Virus record (IMG/VR): IMGVR_UViG_3300002220_000910
Direction: 5' to 3' (one strand)
Source of the DNA: a virus
DNA: 64,000 nucleotides
Below, piece after piece: positions 28,494 to 39,427 of the stretch. The notes under the pieces are model-generated. The model was given only the letters and a program-made list of their open reading frames with translations, was not told the DNA's origin and ran no database searches. Each line of letters starts with the position of its first letter. Positions within the stretch are counted from its first letter, which is position 1. The position numbers and the translations under genes were made by a program.

Positions 28494-29302
28494 GAAAAAC
28501 ACCTTCCACCGTACATATTGTTGATGAGTTCTGTGAATAATTTCCTATATTTCGTCAATTCGTATGGAGTGTCATACGATTCAGATGACACAACTATATG
28601 ATGTTTTGAACAGAGCGGAACCATCATTCGAATATATACAATTTCTTCTTCAGAGAAGTTGGGATCCCCAAACTGTGATATATTGGCCGGCAGCTGTTTT
28701 CTTACAAAATCCATATTTTCTATGGTGGTTTCACAACACGCTTTCTTTTCAGAAAATACGTGATGGACACTCAAATTGTGCTTTTTCTTTCCATTGTTTT
28801 CGGGACCAACCCCGCAAATGACACATTTGTTTCCGAAAAAATTTCGGACTTTTGACTTTAGATTGTCATCGAATTTTTGACAATAAGGGAGAAACGATAT
28901 GCCACCTCTCCAGTTTGTTCCGTTTTCTCCTTTGTTTTTCTCACGTAGAATTTTCAATATTTCTTCTGGGTGATTGTGCTTTCCGATATTCGATATACTC
29001 AATTTTTTTCGGGTTTCTTTTGATGGAGATATGCCAGGCTTTCCAAGTTTTCCCATTCGTATTTTTTCTTTTGTGGCGTCGGATCTTGGAACCCCTGTCA
29101 ACGCTTTGCTTATCTTCATTCGATGTGATTCTGATAATGGTTTTCCAATTTTTGCCAATCGCATTTTTGTTTTAGCCTCATCACTATGATGCTTTCCGAC
29201 GTTATACGAATTGCATCTTTTGGAAAGCCCCACCATTTTGGAAATTCCTCTTCTTCCAGATGTTGACGTCGGTTGTTTTGACATGATCATATCACAATCC
29301 AT
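28490..29302 (-). CDS. NUMOD3-repeat HNH-type homing endonuclease
   Basis: NUMOD3 repeats, NWRGG, CVICG, LSVHHVFSEKKACC, VPLCSKHH. Confidence 0.85.
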   Translation of the reverse strand: MDCDMIMSKQPTSTSGRRGISKMVGLSKRCNSYNVGKHHSDEAKTKMRLAKIGKPLSESHRMKISKALTGVPRSDATKEKIRMGKLGKPGISPSKETRKKLSISNIGKHNHPEEILKILREKNKGENGTNWRGGISFLPYCQKFDDNLKSKVRNFFGNKCVICGVGPENNGKKKHNLSVHHVFSEKKACCETTIENMDFVRKQLPANISQFGDPNFSEEEIVYIRMMVPLCSKHHIVVSSESYDTPYELTKYRKLFTELINNMYGGRCFS

Positions 29303-30017
29303 ATTCTCCTTTTACGCCGGGTATTTTCCAAAATGCATCAAGATGCACATTAAAATCTTCTATTGCATCGGAAAGGGCCGTTTCATTAAGATTGCATATA
29401 ATAGCATTCTTCTTGTCGGGGTGGAGAGAAACTACCAACCCTCTTTTTACACAATTGGGTTTCCACGAATTTACAAGTTGAGCATAAGCGCCAACCTGAA
29501 TGATGTGCTTATCGTTGATCTGTTTCGAAGTTTTCAGGTCCATGACCGTCATGCTAAACTCGGGCTCTTCTTCGATCTTTACCATCCCGCAGAAATCAAG
29601 TTGTCCGGCATATCCCAGACCTGGGTGGCAGTACGATTTCTCCATCTCCATGGGGGCACGACAAGCAACCCTGCTTTTTTCCCACAAGGCCCTGGATCTT
29701 GCAACTTCATCGGTGAGCATCTCAACACGGTGCATCCATTTTGATGCCGGAGGGAGGCCATCGGGATCCAGATTTGATGGGAATGATAGGCTATTCAGGA
29801 TGTTGTAATGCACGAATGTTCCGCGCACTGCAGTGTAATCCATGTAGTCGAAGGCGTCGGAAAATCCGGCCATTCTGAAGTTGGCTCTCCAGTTCCGTAG
29901 GCGGTTTTTATTTTCCCTGGATTCGGTTCTCGAGAGAATAGTTGTCACTGATGGGTATTGCCTGCCTTCGAATTCGTAGATGTGTCCGGAATTAACGGTC
30001 TTTTGCGTTCCGGACAT
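29292..30017 (-). CDS. PD-(D/E)XK exonuclease
   Basis: YPSVTTIL, RGTFVH, YAGQLD...MDLKTS, QVGAYA. Confidence 0.85.
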   Translation of the reverse strand: MSGTQKTVNSGHIYEFEGRQYPSVTTILSRTESRENKNRLRNWRANFRMAGFSDAFDYMDYTAVRGTFVHYNILNSLSFPSNLDPDGLPPASKWMHRVEMLTDEVARSRALWEKSRVACRAPMEMEKSYCHPGLGYAGQLDFCGMVKIEEEPEFSMTVMDLKTSKQINDKHIIQVGAYAQLVNSWKPNCVKRGLVVSLHPDKKNAIICNLNETALSDAIEDFNVHLDAFWKIPGVKGEYGL

Positions 30018-30405
30018 TGGAAATCATCTCCATTTTGATGGCAGACATTATCTCGCAGATCCCACGCATTTCTCTTTGAATCTCCCCTATTCCGAAGGGA
30101 GTTGCTCTGAAAACGGTTTCGACTTTTCCGGTTTCCGGGTTCTTTTCATACGCAGGAGTGATAATTTTTTTATCACAGAGGTCTTTTGTGTGGAACCAGA
30201 TCGTCCGGCTCTTCGAGGATACCTTTTTTGTCAGGTCTGGAACCGAAAGGCCGTTGGGGTGCCTGGCTATCTCAACAAAGATGAGAAATTTCGTTCCGAT
30301 TCCAACCTCTTTCAGGTGAGGAATTTCAATGTTCGTCTTTTCATCTACCTTTTTCAAGGTAACAACTTCACGTTTCAATTGCATATGGAACTCCTCTGTT
30401 TTCAA
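29992..30405 (-). CDS. Winged-helix transcription regulator
   Basis: LSVPDLTKKV..SRTIWFHTKDL..KKII...TPFG; start uncertain. Confidence 0.6.
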   Translation of the reverse strand: MKTEEFHMQLKREVVTLKKVDEKTNIEIPHLKEVGIGTKFLIFVEIARHPNGLSVPDLTKKVSSKSRTIWFHTKDLCDKKIITPAYEKNPETGKVETVFRATPFGIGEIQREMRGICEIMSAIKMEMISNVRNAKDR

Positions 30406-30556
30406 AAGTATTTATTCATATCCATATCATTTTCCCGGGGCATGCGAAGCATTTATTATCTCAACGGTTCCACTGATTCTTGCTTCGGAACAGTCAAGGA
30501 ACTGGTAAATGCCAAAACTGTTCTGTCGCAACACGAAAACGTGGAAGTGAAAGTAT

Positions 30557-32077
30557 TTGACCAAAGTCAGCGAAATGGCCAAAGAGGTATTTGCCTCCGC
30601 CATAAAGGAAGCAATTCCGGATCTCCGGAATAAAGCACTCCAGTCCGGAGTGCAGAATGAATCGATTGAAAGCGTAATTTCTGGTGTCTATTCCCAGGCC
30701 GGTAACTATTCGTTCACCATGGCCGTGCGGAAAGTCACATCCGCTCTGAACAATCTCATTCGCGCCGCGAGTGCCGAAACCCTATCCGGGGTATTCGTTG
30801 GATCTCGTGACCGCGTTGGGAAAAACGTCCCGATGAGATTCACTCTTCTGACAACCGACAAGAAGCATCTCGAGATCAGCAACTTCGGGACAACGGCCCC
30901 CTATCTTGATAAGAAGATCGAGATCGAGTGCCCGTCACTGGTCACTATTCGTGCTGAACACGACAAGGAGTTCGACTCATGGAACCTCGTGTCCATCGAA
31001 AAGTTCCAGAAACTCGAGAAGTCGCAGCTCGTGAAGATCCTGTCAAAGGTTGTCATTCCCATCAGCGCGATCAATCAGGACTTCGCATACAAACAGGGTG
31101 AGCATTCGGCCCGCCCGGTTGTGATATCCGGTGAAATTGGTCGCATCTCCCCAGAAGCCGTCTTCAAACATGAAGAGGACTCCGAAGGGAATCGCACGTC
31201 TACTATCGATCATCACCTCCCGGTAATCTGTCAGCGCGAACTTGACAAGGAAGAATCGCTTCCGTGTTTCGGGTTCGTTCTCAACTCGAAGACCCGTGGA
31301 ACAAACTCCGCCCGCTGCCATATCCAGCAGACCCGCAACGCCACCCCAGTTCTCATGATCAACGATCTTGACAACATCTGCAATGATGCGGTCAATTCAA
31401 TCCGCGAACCAGAGGGCCAGGCAACTGCGATCAGTGAGTGGCTTCGCGATCTCCCCGTCATTGTTGTCGGTGTCGTGAGCTCTTACAAGCGCACGGTTTC
31501 CGAGTCAAAGTCGGAGCAGAACTGGATCGATATCGGAGTTTCCTGCGTGGTTGACATCGAAGGTATGACCATCGAAGGCTCCGGAGTTCAGCAGCAAATC
31601 CCATCGAAAAAGGAAGAGCCGGCCGCACTCCCATCGACCCCAAAGCAGGCGACCACACAGAGCGAGCCCGTTCCAGGACCCATCACGAAGACGGAAGGCC
31701 CTGCTGCACCGAAGAAGCGCAACCCCCCGAAAGAGAAGCCAGTGGAAGCTCCCCAGGCACCGGCCGGGAAGACCGCAGACCAGCTCGCCGAAGAGTTCTC
31801 GAAAGAGGCAGGCAATGGGTTTGCCGAAGCAGTTGCTGCACAGCCAAAGGTAGTTTCTCCCCCATCTCCAGCACAGGCAGCATCAATGGGCCTTGCCGGT
31901 GGAGCATCGCCCCAGCAGATCAAGCAGATCGTGAAAGCGATTAAGTTCTACTGCGGCCTCGCAGGAATCAAGCCCTCCGATGTCACTGTAGCACACCTCA
32001 AGCAAAAAGCCCTTGACATCGTTGGAGATGTTCCCGATTCGGTGATTGAAACCGCGATCGAGTTCGCCAAGGAGTGA
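30557..32077 (+). CDS. Hypothetical protein, possibly OB-fold ssDNA-binding, with P/A/E/K linker
   Basis: 506-aa ORF heading the replication unit; function inferred from context only. Confidence 0.5.
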   Translation: MTKVSEMAKEVFASAIKEAIPDLRNKALQSGVQNESIESVISGVYSQAGNYSFTMAVRKVTSALNNLIRAASAETLSGVFVGSRDRVGKNVPMRFTLLTTDKKHLEISNFGTTAPYLDKKIEIECPSLVTIRAEHDKEFDSWNLVSIEKFQKLEKSQLVKILSKVVIPISAINQDFAYKQGEHSARPVVISGEIGRISPEAVFKHEEDSEGNRTSTIDHHLPVICQRELDKEESLPCFGFVLNSKTRGTNSARCHIQQTRNATPVLMINDLDNICNDAVNSIREPEGQATAISEWLRDLPVIVVGVVSSYKRTVSESKSEQNWIDIGVSCVVDIEGMTIEGSGVQQQIPSKKEEPAALPSTPKQATTQSEPVPGPITKTEGPAAPKKRNPPKEKPVEAPQAPAGKTADQLAEEFSKEAGNGFAEAVAAQPKVVSPPSPAQAASMGLAGGASPQQIKQIVKAIKFYCGLAGIKPSDVTVAHLKQKALDIVGDVPDSVIETAIEFAKE

Positions 32078-32083
32078 GGGGGA

Positions 32084-32701
32084 ATGGAAAAAACGATGTC
32101 GCCGGTTGTCAACCAGCGATTCGTCATCAAAACCCCTTTTAAGGGGAAGATGGGGAAAACCACCTATGCCCACATCCTCAATGGGGATGGGCATATTGAC
32201 GTGGCACACCAGGTAGGACTCATCTCTCTTACCACGGAGATCATCGACGAATGGAAAACGGAAGTTCCGGCCGGTCTTGATGAGTATAACAATCCGAAGA
32301 CGGATGTCACCTGGTGGATCCGCGTAAAGGCGATCGCCATTGTTGTAAACCCAAAATCTCCAACCGGTACCACAACAACCACTGGATACTGCACTGCCAA
32401 CGATAGGGACCGCTTCATCAAGAGTCCTGAGTACCTTCTGGCGGTTGCAGATACCCGGGCCAAAAAGCGGGCCCTTGCCGACGCATGCAATATCACCGAG
32501 GCGATGATCAACCCGGATGCTACTGAAGCCACACGAGAGGCCGAAGGCATCCCGATGAGCCGTCTTGATGACGATGACGAACCGAATATTCCAAAAGAAG
32601 TTCGAAAGAATGTGCCTGATATCCGCCCACCGCTCTCAAGAGAGATATCTCATCCAGGGTCTGCGGGACTGAAACCAGCACAGGAGCAATTCCAGATATG
32701 A
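32084..32701 (+). CDS. Rad52/Sak-like single-strand annealing protein
   Basis: RVKAIA...GYC...AVADTRAKKRALADA motif. Confidence 0.6.
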   Translation: MEKTMSPVVNQRFVIKTPFKGKMGKTTYAHILNGDGHIDVAHQVGLISLTTEIIDEWKTEVPAGLDEYNNPKTDVTWWIRVKAIAIVVNPKSPTGTTTTTGYCTANDRDRFIKSPEYLLAVADTRAKKRALADACNITEAMINPDATEATREAEGIPMSRLDDDDEPNIPKEVRKNVPDIRPPLSREISHPGSAGLKPAQEQFQI

Positions 32702-33201
32702 AGTCGAGCGAAGATGGTGGAATGGATGCTTTTTCGGAGGCAGTATCCCTCCGCGAGCATCCACTTCCTCCAGAGGTTGTTGGTGAAGACAGGATCCTCC
32801 CAACCAGGATTGCTATTCTCGACAATGAAATTGCAAAGACCGCAGAACGCTTGAAGGATCTTCAAAGTTCTCGTGTTCTTCTCATGGATCACGCCATAAA
32901 GAACAACATTCTCGAGGATGAAAAGTATCGCATCGACAAAGAGGTGATCAGGGGCAACCGTGTTGCCAGTCTTGAAAAACTTCGCGAAATGTTTCCGGAT
33001 CTCACCGGAAAGTACATGGAAACAATGCAAGACAAACTTAACCGCGATTTCAAATCTGATGCGATGAAGGCCGCAGAGAAAATGCTCAAGGTTGTCAATC
33101 TTTCTGTGGCAGATGCTATCTTCGGAAAGGAGAACGTAACCCGTTGTTCTGATATTCCGGAACGTGTCGAATGGAGGGTGGTGAAAAAGAATGCAAGGTG
33201 A
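32698..33201 (+). CDS. Hypothetical protein
   Basis: ATGA-coupled ORF. Confidence 0.65.
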   Translation: MKSSEDGGMDAFSEAVSLREHPLPPEVVGEDRILPTRIAILDNEIAKTAERLKDLQSSRVLLMDHAIKNNILEDEKYRIDKEVIRGNRVASLEKLREMFPDLTGKYMETMQDKLNRDFKSDAMKAAEKMLKVVNLSVADAIFGKENVTRCSDIPERVEWRVVKKNAR

Positions 33202-33478
33202 AGATGTTCCTGGACCCCTTCCTGAAAAGAGGAAGAAATCCCATGGGAGTGGCCCAAATTTCCTTCACAATCTCGTCGGGAAGAAGATTTCGATTTCTGA
33301 TGGAACCGAAGTGACCGAGGCATTGCTTGTCGGATATAACCGATATGATCTTCTCGTGAAGGATGAAGAAGGTCACAAAATCATTATGAAACACGCGATC
33401 ACTCTCCTGGGAAGTGCCGAAGGAGAAGAAGATCCGTTTGAACCGGAACTCAAAAAAGACGAGGGGGAGATCCCATGA
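33191..33478 (+). CDS. Hfq/Sm-like protein
   Basis: FLHNLVGKKISI...LVGYNRYDLLV...IIMKHAITLL resembles the Hfq Sm2 motif (Y/F)KHAI. Confidence 0.65.
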   Translation: MQGEDVPGPLPEKRKKSHGSGPNFLHNLVGKKISISDGTEVTEALLVGYNRYDLLVKDEEGHKIIMKHAITLLGSAEGEEDPFEPELKKDEGEIP

Positions 33479-34242
33479 GCGAAGATGAGAATAACAAACT
33501 CATCAAGCCCCTGGGCCAAGTATCGATCGAGGAGTTGACCGGTGTCAAGGCCAATGGTGGAGATGTCGTTCTTGTCAACCTCAATCGCGTTGCGATGACC
33601 ATAAACTGTGGAAGTTGTGACGATTTCCTTCACGGAATCGAGATGACAAATGGTATCAAGGCTGCGGTCTGGACCGAAGATGGTATCACCCTGGCACTTT
33701 CCGACCGGTACACCATCATCAAGTATGAACCTCCGGTTCATCCGATGGCAAAAATGTTCTTCTCGGAGAAAGGCCACCGTGGTGCTTGGTCTGGAAATTA
33801 CGAGCCGGTGCTCTTCACGAAGATCGATCTCCTTCGATTCCTGAAGGAGGTTGGTGTTCAAGGGGGGACCGAAGAGATCGTGAAGGCGGTCGAGGGGATG
33901 AAACTCCGAGAATCCCATCATAAATCCGATGTGATTTCCCTGGATGATGACAAGACGACTTCGGTAATTGAAGAATCATTTGAAACGAACATCCCGAAAA
34001 AGTTCGTCATCAAAATCCCAGTTACCCCGGATTTCGTGGGAGAATTCAAGTTCGAAGCCCGTGTTGAAAAGCCGAGCGAGCGAATGGGTGGATCCGATGC
34101 GAAACAGAAGAAAATTGCACTATACTGCACGAATGTTCCTGAAATCCGTAGGGCCGCGGTGAAACACGTTCTTGATCGTATTCCGGAGAATATTCCCAGG
34201 ATATATGGGGAAATGAAGATGACAACAAAGGAGCACTGGTGA
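33475..34242 (+). CDS. Hypothetical protein
   Basis: ATGA-coupled 255-aa ORF. Confidence 0.7.
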   Translation: MSEDENNKLIKPLGQVSIEELTGVKANGGDVVLVNLNRVAMTINCGSCDDFLHGIEMTNGIKAAVWTEDGITLALSDRYTIIKYEPPVHPMAKMFFSEKGHRGAWSGNYEPVLFTKIDLLRFLKEVGVQGGTEEIVKAVEGMKLRESHHKSDVISLDDDKTTSVIEESFETNIPKKFVIKIPVTPDFVGEFKFEARVEKPSERMGGSDAKQKKIALYCTNVPEIRRAAVKHVLDRIPENIPRIYGEMKMTTKEHW

Positions 34243-34243
34243 G

Positions 34244-34693
34244 ATGATCACCAAAATCATTTCCGGCGGTCAAACAGGCGCTGATCAAGGTGGTCTGTTC
34301 GGAGCCCGTGATGCCGGTTTCAAAACCGGTGGTCATGCTCCAAAAAATTTCATGACTGAACGGGGATCGGAAACCTGGCTCGCGGGGTCTTTTGGTCTTG
34401 TCGATTCCGGGCTCGATTACGTTGGAAGAACCCGACTCAATGTCGAATACTCTGATGTGACTCTATGGTTCGGGAAGGCGAGATCTCCAGGGTACTGGGC
34501 GACCGGGAAAGCTGCGGCAACCAAAGGGAAGCCTTTCTTCGAAGCACACCTGGTCAACCTGGAGGTAGTGATGAAGAAGTATGAAGTTGTCAATATCGCA
34601 GGAAACCGTGAGTCGTCAAACCCGGGTATATTCGAAAAGACACGACGGCGGGTTTCTGAAGTCCTGACGGGTATTCTTGCGGAGTCACCATGA
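34244..34693 (+). CDS. SLOG-family protein (putative molybdenum-carrier-like)
   Basis: KIISGGQTGADQGGL, RTRLNV..SD, VNIAGNRES. Confidence 0.85.
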   Translation: MITKIISGGQTGADQGGLFGARDAGFKTGGHAPKNFMTERGSETWLAGSFGLVDSGLDYVGRTRLNVEYSDVTLWFGKARSPGYWATGKAAATKGKPFFEAHLVNLEVVMKKYEVVNIAGNRESSNPGIFEKTRRRVSEVLTGILAESP

Positions 34694-36168
34694 TTATTTC
34701 AATGCAAAAGCCGGTGGGGAGATCCTTTGTCTTTTTCAAGATGCCAGAGGGCCACGAATACATTCGAAAAGCCCTGGACAAAGAGCTCTCGTACCCGGTC
34801 AAGAATGCAGAATATGCACAAGTTGCGCTCGCGGATCGTCATGCACGGGAGAACATGGCACGTAAAGAGCGGGGCGAACCCATTCTCGAGTATCCTCCAT
34901 GGGATGGAAGAAATCATTTTCTAAGGTATTCGAAACGGGCCGCGAAGTGGTATTTCCCCTATGGGCTTCTCTCGAGAGCCAAGAAACTTCTCTCGTGGTT
35001 CGATATCCAAACTATCGATGATATTCAGTTCGACGAATCGGAAATCCACTCTCAATTCGAATGGAATGGGCCAGAACTTCGCGACTATCAACTGGATGTA
35101 GCGGTAAAAGCATATTCTGCTGGCCACGGGGTTGTTTCTCTTCCTACCGCATCCGGAAAGACGATAATTGCCCTCCGGATGATATGGGCCCTGGGGCTCA
35201 ATACGGTGGTATTCGTCCATACCAGGGAGTTGTTGAAACAGTGGTGTGAGGCACTTGAATCGGTTCTTGGACTCCAGATTTCTGGGAAAGAATATGATGC
35301 GGTTAAAGTTTATCGCAGACCTTTGGATCCTGAAGGGGCGATGGTTGTTGTCGCGATGATCCAGACCGTGCATTCTGGTATGAGTAAAGAACACGAAGCT
35401 GCAAACCTGGTGTTGATGAGAAAGTTTGATTTCGCTATCCTGGACGAAAGTCATCATTGTCCTGCTGACACGTTTTATAAAGTCATTCAGGATATCGATG
35501 CCAAATTCAAGATTGGACTCACGGCAACCCCGGAGAGAGATGATGGGGAGGACATGAAGATGGAAGCGGCCCTGGGATCGATTTGTGCGAAATTGTCTGC
35601 AGAGGATCTTATTGATGCAGGATTTCTTGCGAAACCCATATTTGAGTTCATCGATGTTCCAGCAACACAGATACGGGGAAGGACGTTTTCACAGGTGTAC
35701 TCGAGTGGGATTGTAAACAACGAGATACGCAACCGTGCAATCGCCACAAGAGTCCAGCAACTTGTTGCAGAAGGAAGACAGGTGTACATCCATGTTGAAC
35801 ATATCAATCATGGGAAGATTCTCTCGCAAATGATGAATGCCCCATTCATTTATTCAAAGAGCAAGGACCGGGATGAAACCATCGAACATTTCAAGAAAGG
35901 GTACATCAAAATTTGCATTTCTACTTTGCTTGGGGAGGGTATTAGCATACCAAAAATTACAGCTCTGGTTATGGGAGGAGGGAGAAAAACTGAAATTGGG
36001 GCAATTCAAAAAGTGGGCCGGGCTTTGCGAGTAGATGAAAATACTAGAACGGCTATAATCGTGGATTTTTGCGATAGAGGAAAATTTCTATCGGATCATG
36101 CTTCTATGAGGTATCAATCCTATGTCAAATTTTATGGAGAAGACATTGTTCGTGGGAGGAAAGCATGA
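34690..36168 (+). CDS. SF2 DEAH helicase, XPB/UvsW-like
   Basis: LRDYQ, PTASGKT, DESHH, GLTATPER, QKVGRALR. Confidence 0.9.
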   Translation: MIISMQKPVGRSFVFFKMPEGHEYIRKALDKELSYPVKNAEYAQVALADRHARENMARKERGEPILEYPPWDGRNHFLRYSKRAAKWYFPYGLLSRAKKLLSWFDIQTIDDIQFDESEIHSQFEWNGPELRDYQLDVAVKAYSAGHGVVSLPTASGKTIIALRMIWALGLNTVVFVHTRELLKQWCEALESVLGLQISGKEYDAVKVYRRPLDPEGAMVVVAMIQTVHSGMSKEHEAANLVLMRKFDFAILDESHHCPADTFYKVIQDIDAKFKIGLTATPERDDGEDMKMEAALGSICAKLSAEDLIDAGFLAKPIFEFIDVPATQIRGRTFSQVYSSGIVNNEIRNRAIATRVQQLVAEGRQVYIHVEHINHGKILSQMMNAPFIYSKSKDRDETIEHFKKGYIKICISTLLGEGISIPKITALVMGGGRKTEIGAIQKVGRALRVDENTRTAIIVDFCDRGKFLSDHASMRYQSYVKFYGEDIVRGRKA

Positions 36169-36323
36169 TTACACTCGAATGTATTCAATGTGGGGATGCA
36201 TTTAAAGTGAAAAATTATAGGGTTGATGAAGGGGCGAAATTCTGCAGCGTAGCGTGTAAAGGAGATTGGATGTCCAAGAATGTTAGAGGGGCATCACATC
36301 CGAATTGGGTGCCGGTGCCGTAG
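36165..36323 (+). CDS. Small Zn-finger protein, likely a truncated HNH N-terminus
   Basis: CIQCG...KFCSVAC...GASHPNW then stop. Confidence 0.5.
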   Translation: MITLECIQCGDAFKVKNYRVDEGAKFCSVACKGDWMSKNVRGASHPNWVPVP

Positions 36324-36338
36324 GTTAGAGGAGAAAAA

Positions 36339-38726
36339 ATGATAATTTCAATCAATCAGGTGGAATATACTACGAAGGAAAACGTGCCCACGCTGCACAT
36401 TTTTGGACGGGATAAACACGGGGTTGCCCACCGTGTCAATGTACATTCTTTCAGACCCTATTTTTACGTAGAGCCATTCGCTGAAAATAAGAGTATCCCC
36501 GATTGCTGCACGGTGGTCACCAATGAGGATCACACATCGATTCGCGGGGAAAAACTTGTGAAGATTCTCACCAATACCCCTACCGAAGTGCGCGACGTTC
36601 GTGCAAATTTCAAGCACCACGAGGCAGATGTTCTTTTCCCAGCACGATTTCTCATTGACACTGGAATAAAATCGGGAATGGAGTTTGACGGTTGTGAGGA
36701 TGATACCGAGCATAATTGCTTCGTAGATGATGTTCACCCGATTGAAATTTCATACCCGGCCAGGGTCTGCATAGCCGACGTGGAGTGCGATGACACTCGT
36801 GGGTTCCCGGACTCTGCAAAAGATCCCATCCTTTGCATCACCTGCTATGACTCGTTCGATGAACAATACATCACGTTTCTCTATTCCATAACCGGAAAAA
36901 AGGATACCGAAGAGATGATGAAAAGGTTCCTTCACCGCGTCTGTGTTTATGACACGGAGCGGAAAATGCTTGAGGGGTTTGCTGAATATCTCTCCTGGAA
37001 GGACCCCGATATTCTGACCGGGTGGAACTTCACCGGGTTTGATGCTCCATATATTTTCGGAAGGATGGCTGCGCTTCGAATGAGAAGCGAGTGTCTTGCC
37101 AGGTTCCATGCATTCACGAACCGCGTTGAAATTAAGGGTCGGCAACTGTTTGATCTCTTGGCCGGGTACAAGCGGATGCACTTGGGGGAGAAGGAGTCGT
37201 ATAGGCTCGATGCCATAGCCAAAGAGGAGCTAGGCCGGCAGAAGGTGCGGTTCCCGGGAAAGGTTTCAGACCTGTGGAGAAAAGATCCCGCGGCCTTGGT
37301 TGAGTACAACCTGGTGGATGTTGAACTCTGTGTTGGAATCGACAAGAAAGACGAAACTATTGAGTTTCATCGCACCCTGGCATACTACGTTGGGTGCACG
37401 TTAGATAAGACGCTTAACTCGATGCCGATCATCGATACGTATCTCCTTCGTAAAGCATATGGAAAATTTGTGCTCCCATCGAAAGGGGAATTTGAAAAGG
37501 GTGATGCTTTTGAAGGGGCAACGGTGTTTCCACCGATCGCCGGTGTTCATGAAAACGTTGCTGTCCTGGATCTTACATCTCTCTATCCGATGATCATGCT
37601 TACCATCAATGCATCTCCGGAGACGAAGGATCTAAATGGTGAGCTCAGGGCCCCGAATGGTGTTCGATTTAAAAAGGCCCCGGATGGATTGACACGAAGC
37701 ATCATCAATGAGTTGTTCAGCGAACGAAAGGCGAAAAAGGCGGAGCGGGCGAAATATCCCTTCGGATCGTATGAATATAAGCTCCTGGACATGCAGCAGA
37801 ATGTAATCAAGGTCCTCATGAACAGCTACTATGGCGTTTCCGGGAATCCAGCATTCAGGAATTTCGATAACGAAACCGGTGCTGCGGTTACATCGGTCGG
37901 CCGGGCCATTCTTGAGCACAATCGGAAAATCATTGATGATATGGGTTACAAAATTGTGATGGGTGACACGGATTCGACGGCTCTTCGCATACCAAAATCG
38001 ATTGGTCGAGAGGGTACAATGTCCATAGCATACGAAATAGAAAAAATGTTGAATGATTCTTATCCGAAATTTGCGAAAGAGGTCCTCAACGCTGATGTTT
38101 CGTACTTCTCAATCAAATTCGAGAAGTTATACGAGCGGTTCTTCTCCGGGGGAAAGAAGAAGCGGTATGCGGGTCTGCTCGTGTGGAAGGAGGGGAAGGA
38201 TGTGTACGAGATCGATATCGTAGGATTTGAAACAAAGAGGAGTGATTCCCCGAAGGTGACTCGCCAGGCCCTGCAGATACTTATCAAGATGGTTCTCGAG
38301 GGTAACGAGTACCAGGAAATTCGAAAGGAGATTTCAGAGATTGTCCGGAAGTACCGGAAGCGCGAATATTCCCTGGATGATATCGGGATCCCGGGTGGAA
38401 TAGGAAAGGCGCTTTCAGAATATGAAACGAAAGATGCTCAGATCCGCGGGGCTGAGTATTCGAATGAGCATCTGGGTACCAATTTCGGGAAGGGAAGTAA
38501 GCCAAAGAGAATTTATCTCAAATCGGTTCCATCGAATTACCAGAGAACAGATGTTCTTTGTTTTGAGTACTCGGATCAGGTTCCGGACGAGTTCGTCGTC
38601 GACATAGATGTGATGCTTCGGAAGACCCTTGAGGCCCCACTCACTCGCATCCTACAACCACTTGGGTGGAACTGGACCGAATTTGATCCTTCCACCCCTA
38701 CGTTGTCAACCTGGGGGTTTGAATGA
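36339..38726 (+). CDS. polB: Family B DNA polymerase
   Basis: Exo motifs DVE and GWNFTGFD; polymerase motifs DLTSLYP, KVLMNSYYG, MGDTDS, KKRY. Confidence 0.97.
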   Translation: MIISINQVEYTTKENVPTLHIFGRDKHGVAHRVNVHSFRPYFYVEPFAENKSIPDCCTVVTNEDHTSIRGEKLVKILTNTPTEVRDVRANFKHHEADVLFPARFLIDTGIKSGMEFDGCEDDTEHNCFVDDVHPIEISYPARVCIADVECDDTRGFPDSAKDPILCITCYDSFDEQYITFLYSITGKKDTEEMMKRFLHRVCVYDTERKMLEGFAEYLSWKDPDILTGWNFTGFDAPYIFGRMAALRMRSECLARFHAFTNRVEIKGRQLFDLLAGYKRMHLGEKESYRLDAIAKEELGRQKVRFPGKVSDLWRKDPAALVEYNLVDVELCVGIDKKDETIEFHRTLAYYVGCTLDKTLNSMPIIDTYLLRKAYGKFVLPSKGEFEKGDAFEGATVFPPIAGVHENVAVLDLTSLYPMIMLTINASPETKDLNGELRAPNGVRFKKAPDGLTRSIINELFSERKAKKAERAKYPFGSYEYKLLDMQQNVIKVLMNSYYGVSGNPAFRNFDNETGAAVTSVGRAILEHNRKIIDDMGYKIVMGDTDSTALRIPKSIGREGTMSIAYEIEKMLNDSYPKFAKEVLNADVSYFSIKFEKLYERFFSGGKKKRYAGLLVWKEGKDVYEIDIVGFETKRSDSPKVTRQALQILIKMVLEGNEYQEIRKEISEIVRKYRKREYSLDDIGIPGGIGKALSEYETKDAQIRGAEYSNEHLGTNFGKGSKPKRIYLKSVPSNYQRTDVLCFEYSDQVPDEFVVDIDVMLRKTLEAPLTRILQPLGWNWTEFDPSTPTLSTWGFE

Positions 38727-39184
38727 ACGGCCCCGTGAGTTGCCGGCAGTGTGGAAAATATGACCGGGTGATAACGAAAAAGCCCTGGCCCCAAAAAGAT
38801 TTCTATCAATATTTTTGTTCCCAGACCGGGAAGCAAATTCATCGTCTTTGTCATGTACGACTCGATTGCCCTCTGTAGAAAGATATATAACGGATGACAT
38901 CATATGACATCATATGGAAATTGTTATAGACGATGAACTTCTCGGAATTTACAATTCCAGGGATCTTGGTAGGGATAAGGGAATTCATCTCCCGGAAGAC
39001 TGTGCGAGTCGATATAAAATGTACCGGAATAGGAAAACGATGGTTATCACGCTTGTGCCGGTGAAAGCTCTATGACCCCGTCGCATCCACTCCGGTTAAT
39101 AAAATGCCCAACTTGCAAATCAGTTGGAAGGGGGGCCGGTAGCATGACCCCGCAGCCACAGAAGGAACCAAAGGAGGCGCAGCG

Positions 39185-39427
39185 ATGACACTTAATATTG
39201 TGACCCCGTTAATATCAACGAATGATTTCATTGTAGTAATTACTGTTTTTTTGGGAATTACGGGATGCTTTTTGATAAGTCACATATTTTTTTTAAAACA
39301 GTTGCGGGGGTATTGGAGCCTTCCCCTAGCGATGATGGTCGCACTCGGGGTGGCGATGATTATTACATCCGTTGTTATATTATTGACAATTTTTGGTATG
39401 GTTTCGATAACAGTAGGTGCCCAATGA
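39185..39427 (+). CDS. Small membrane protein
   Basis: Two TM segments. Confidence 0.6.
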   Translation: MTLNIVTPLISTNDFIVVITVFLGITGCFLISHIFFLKQLRGYWSLPLAMMVALGVAMIITSVVILLTIFGMVSITVGAQ

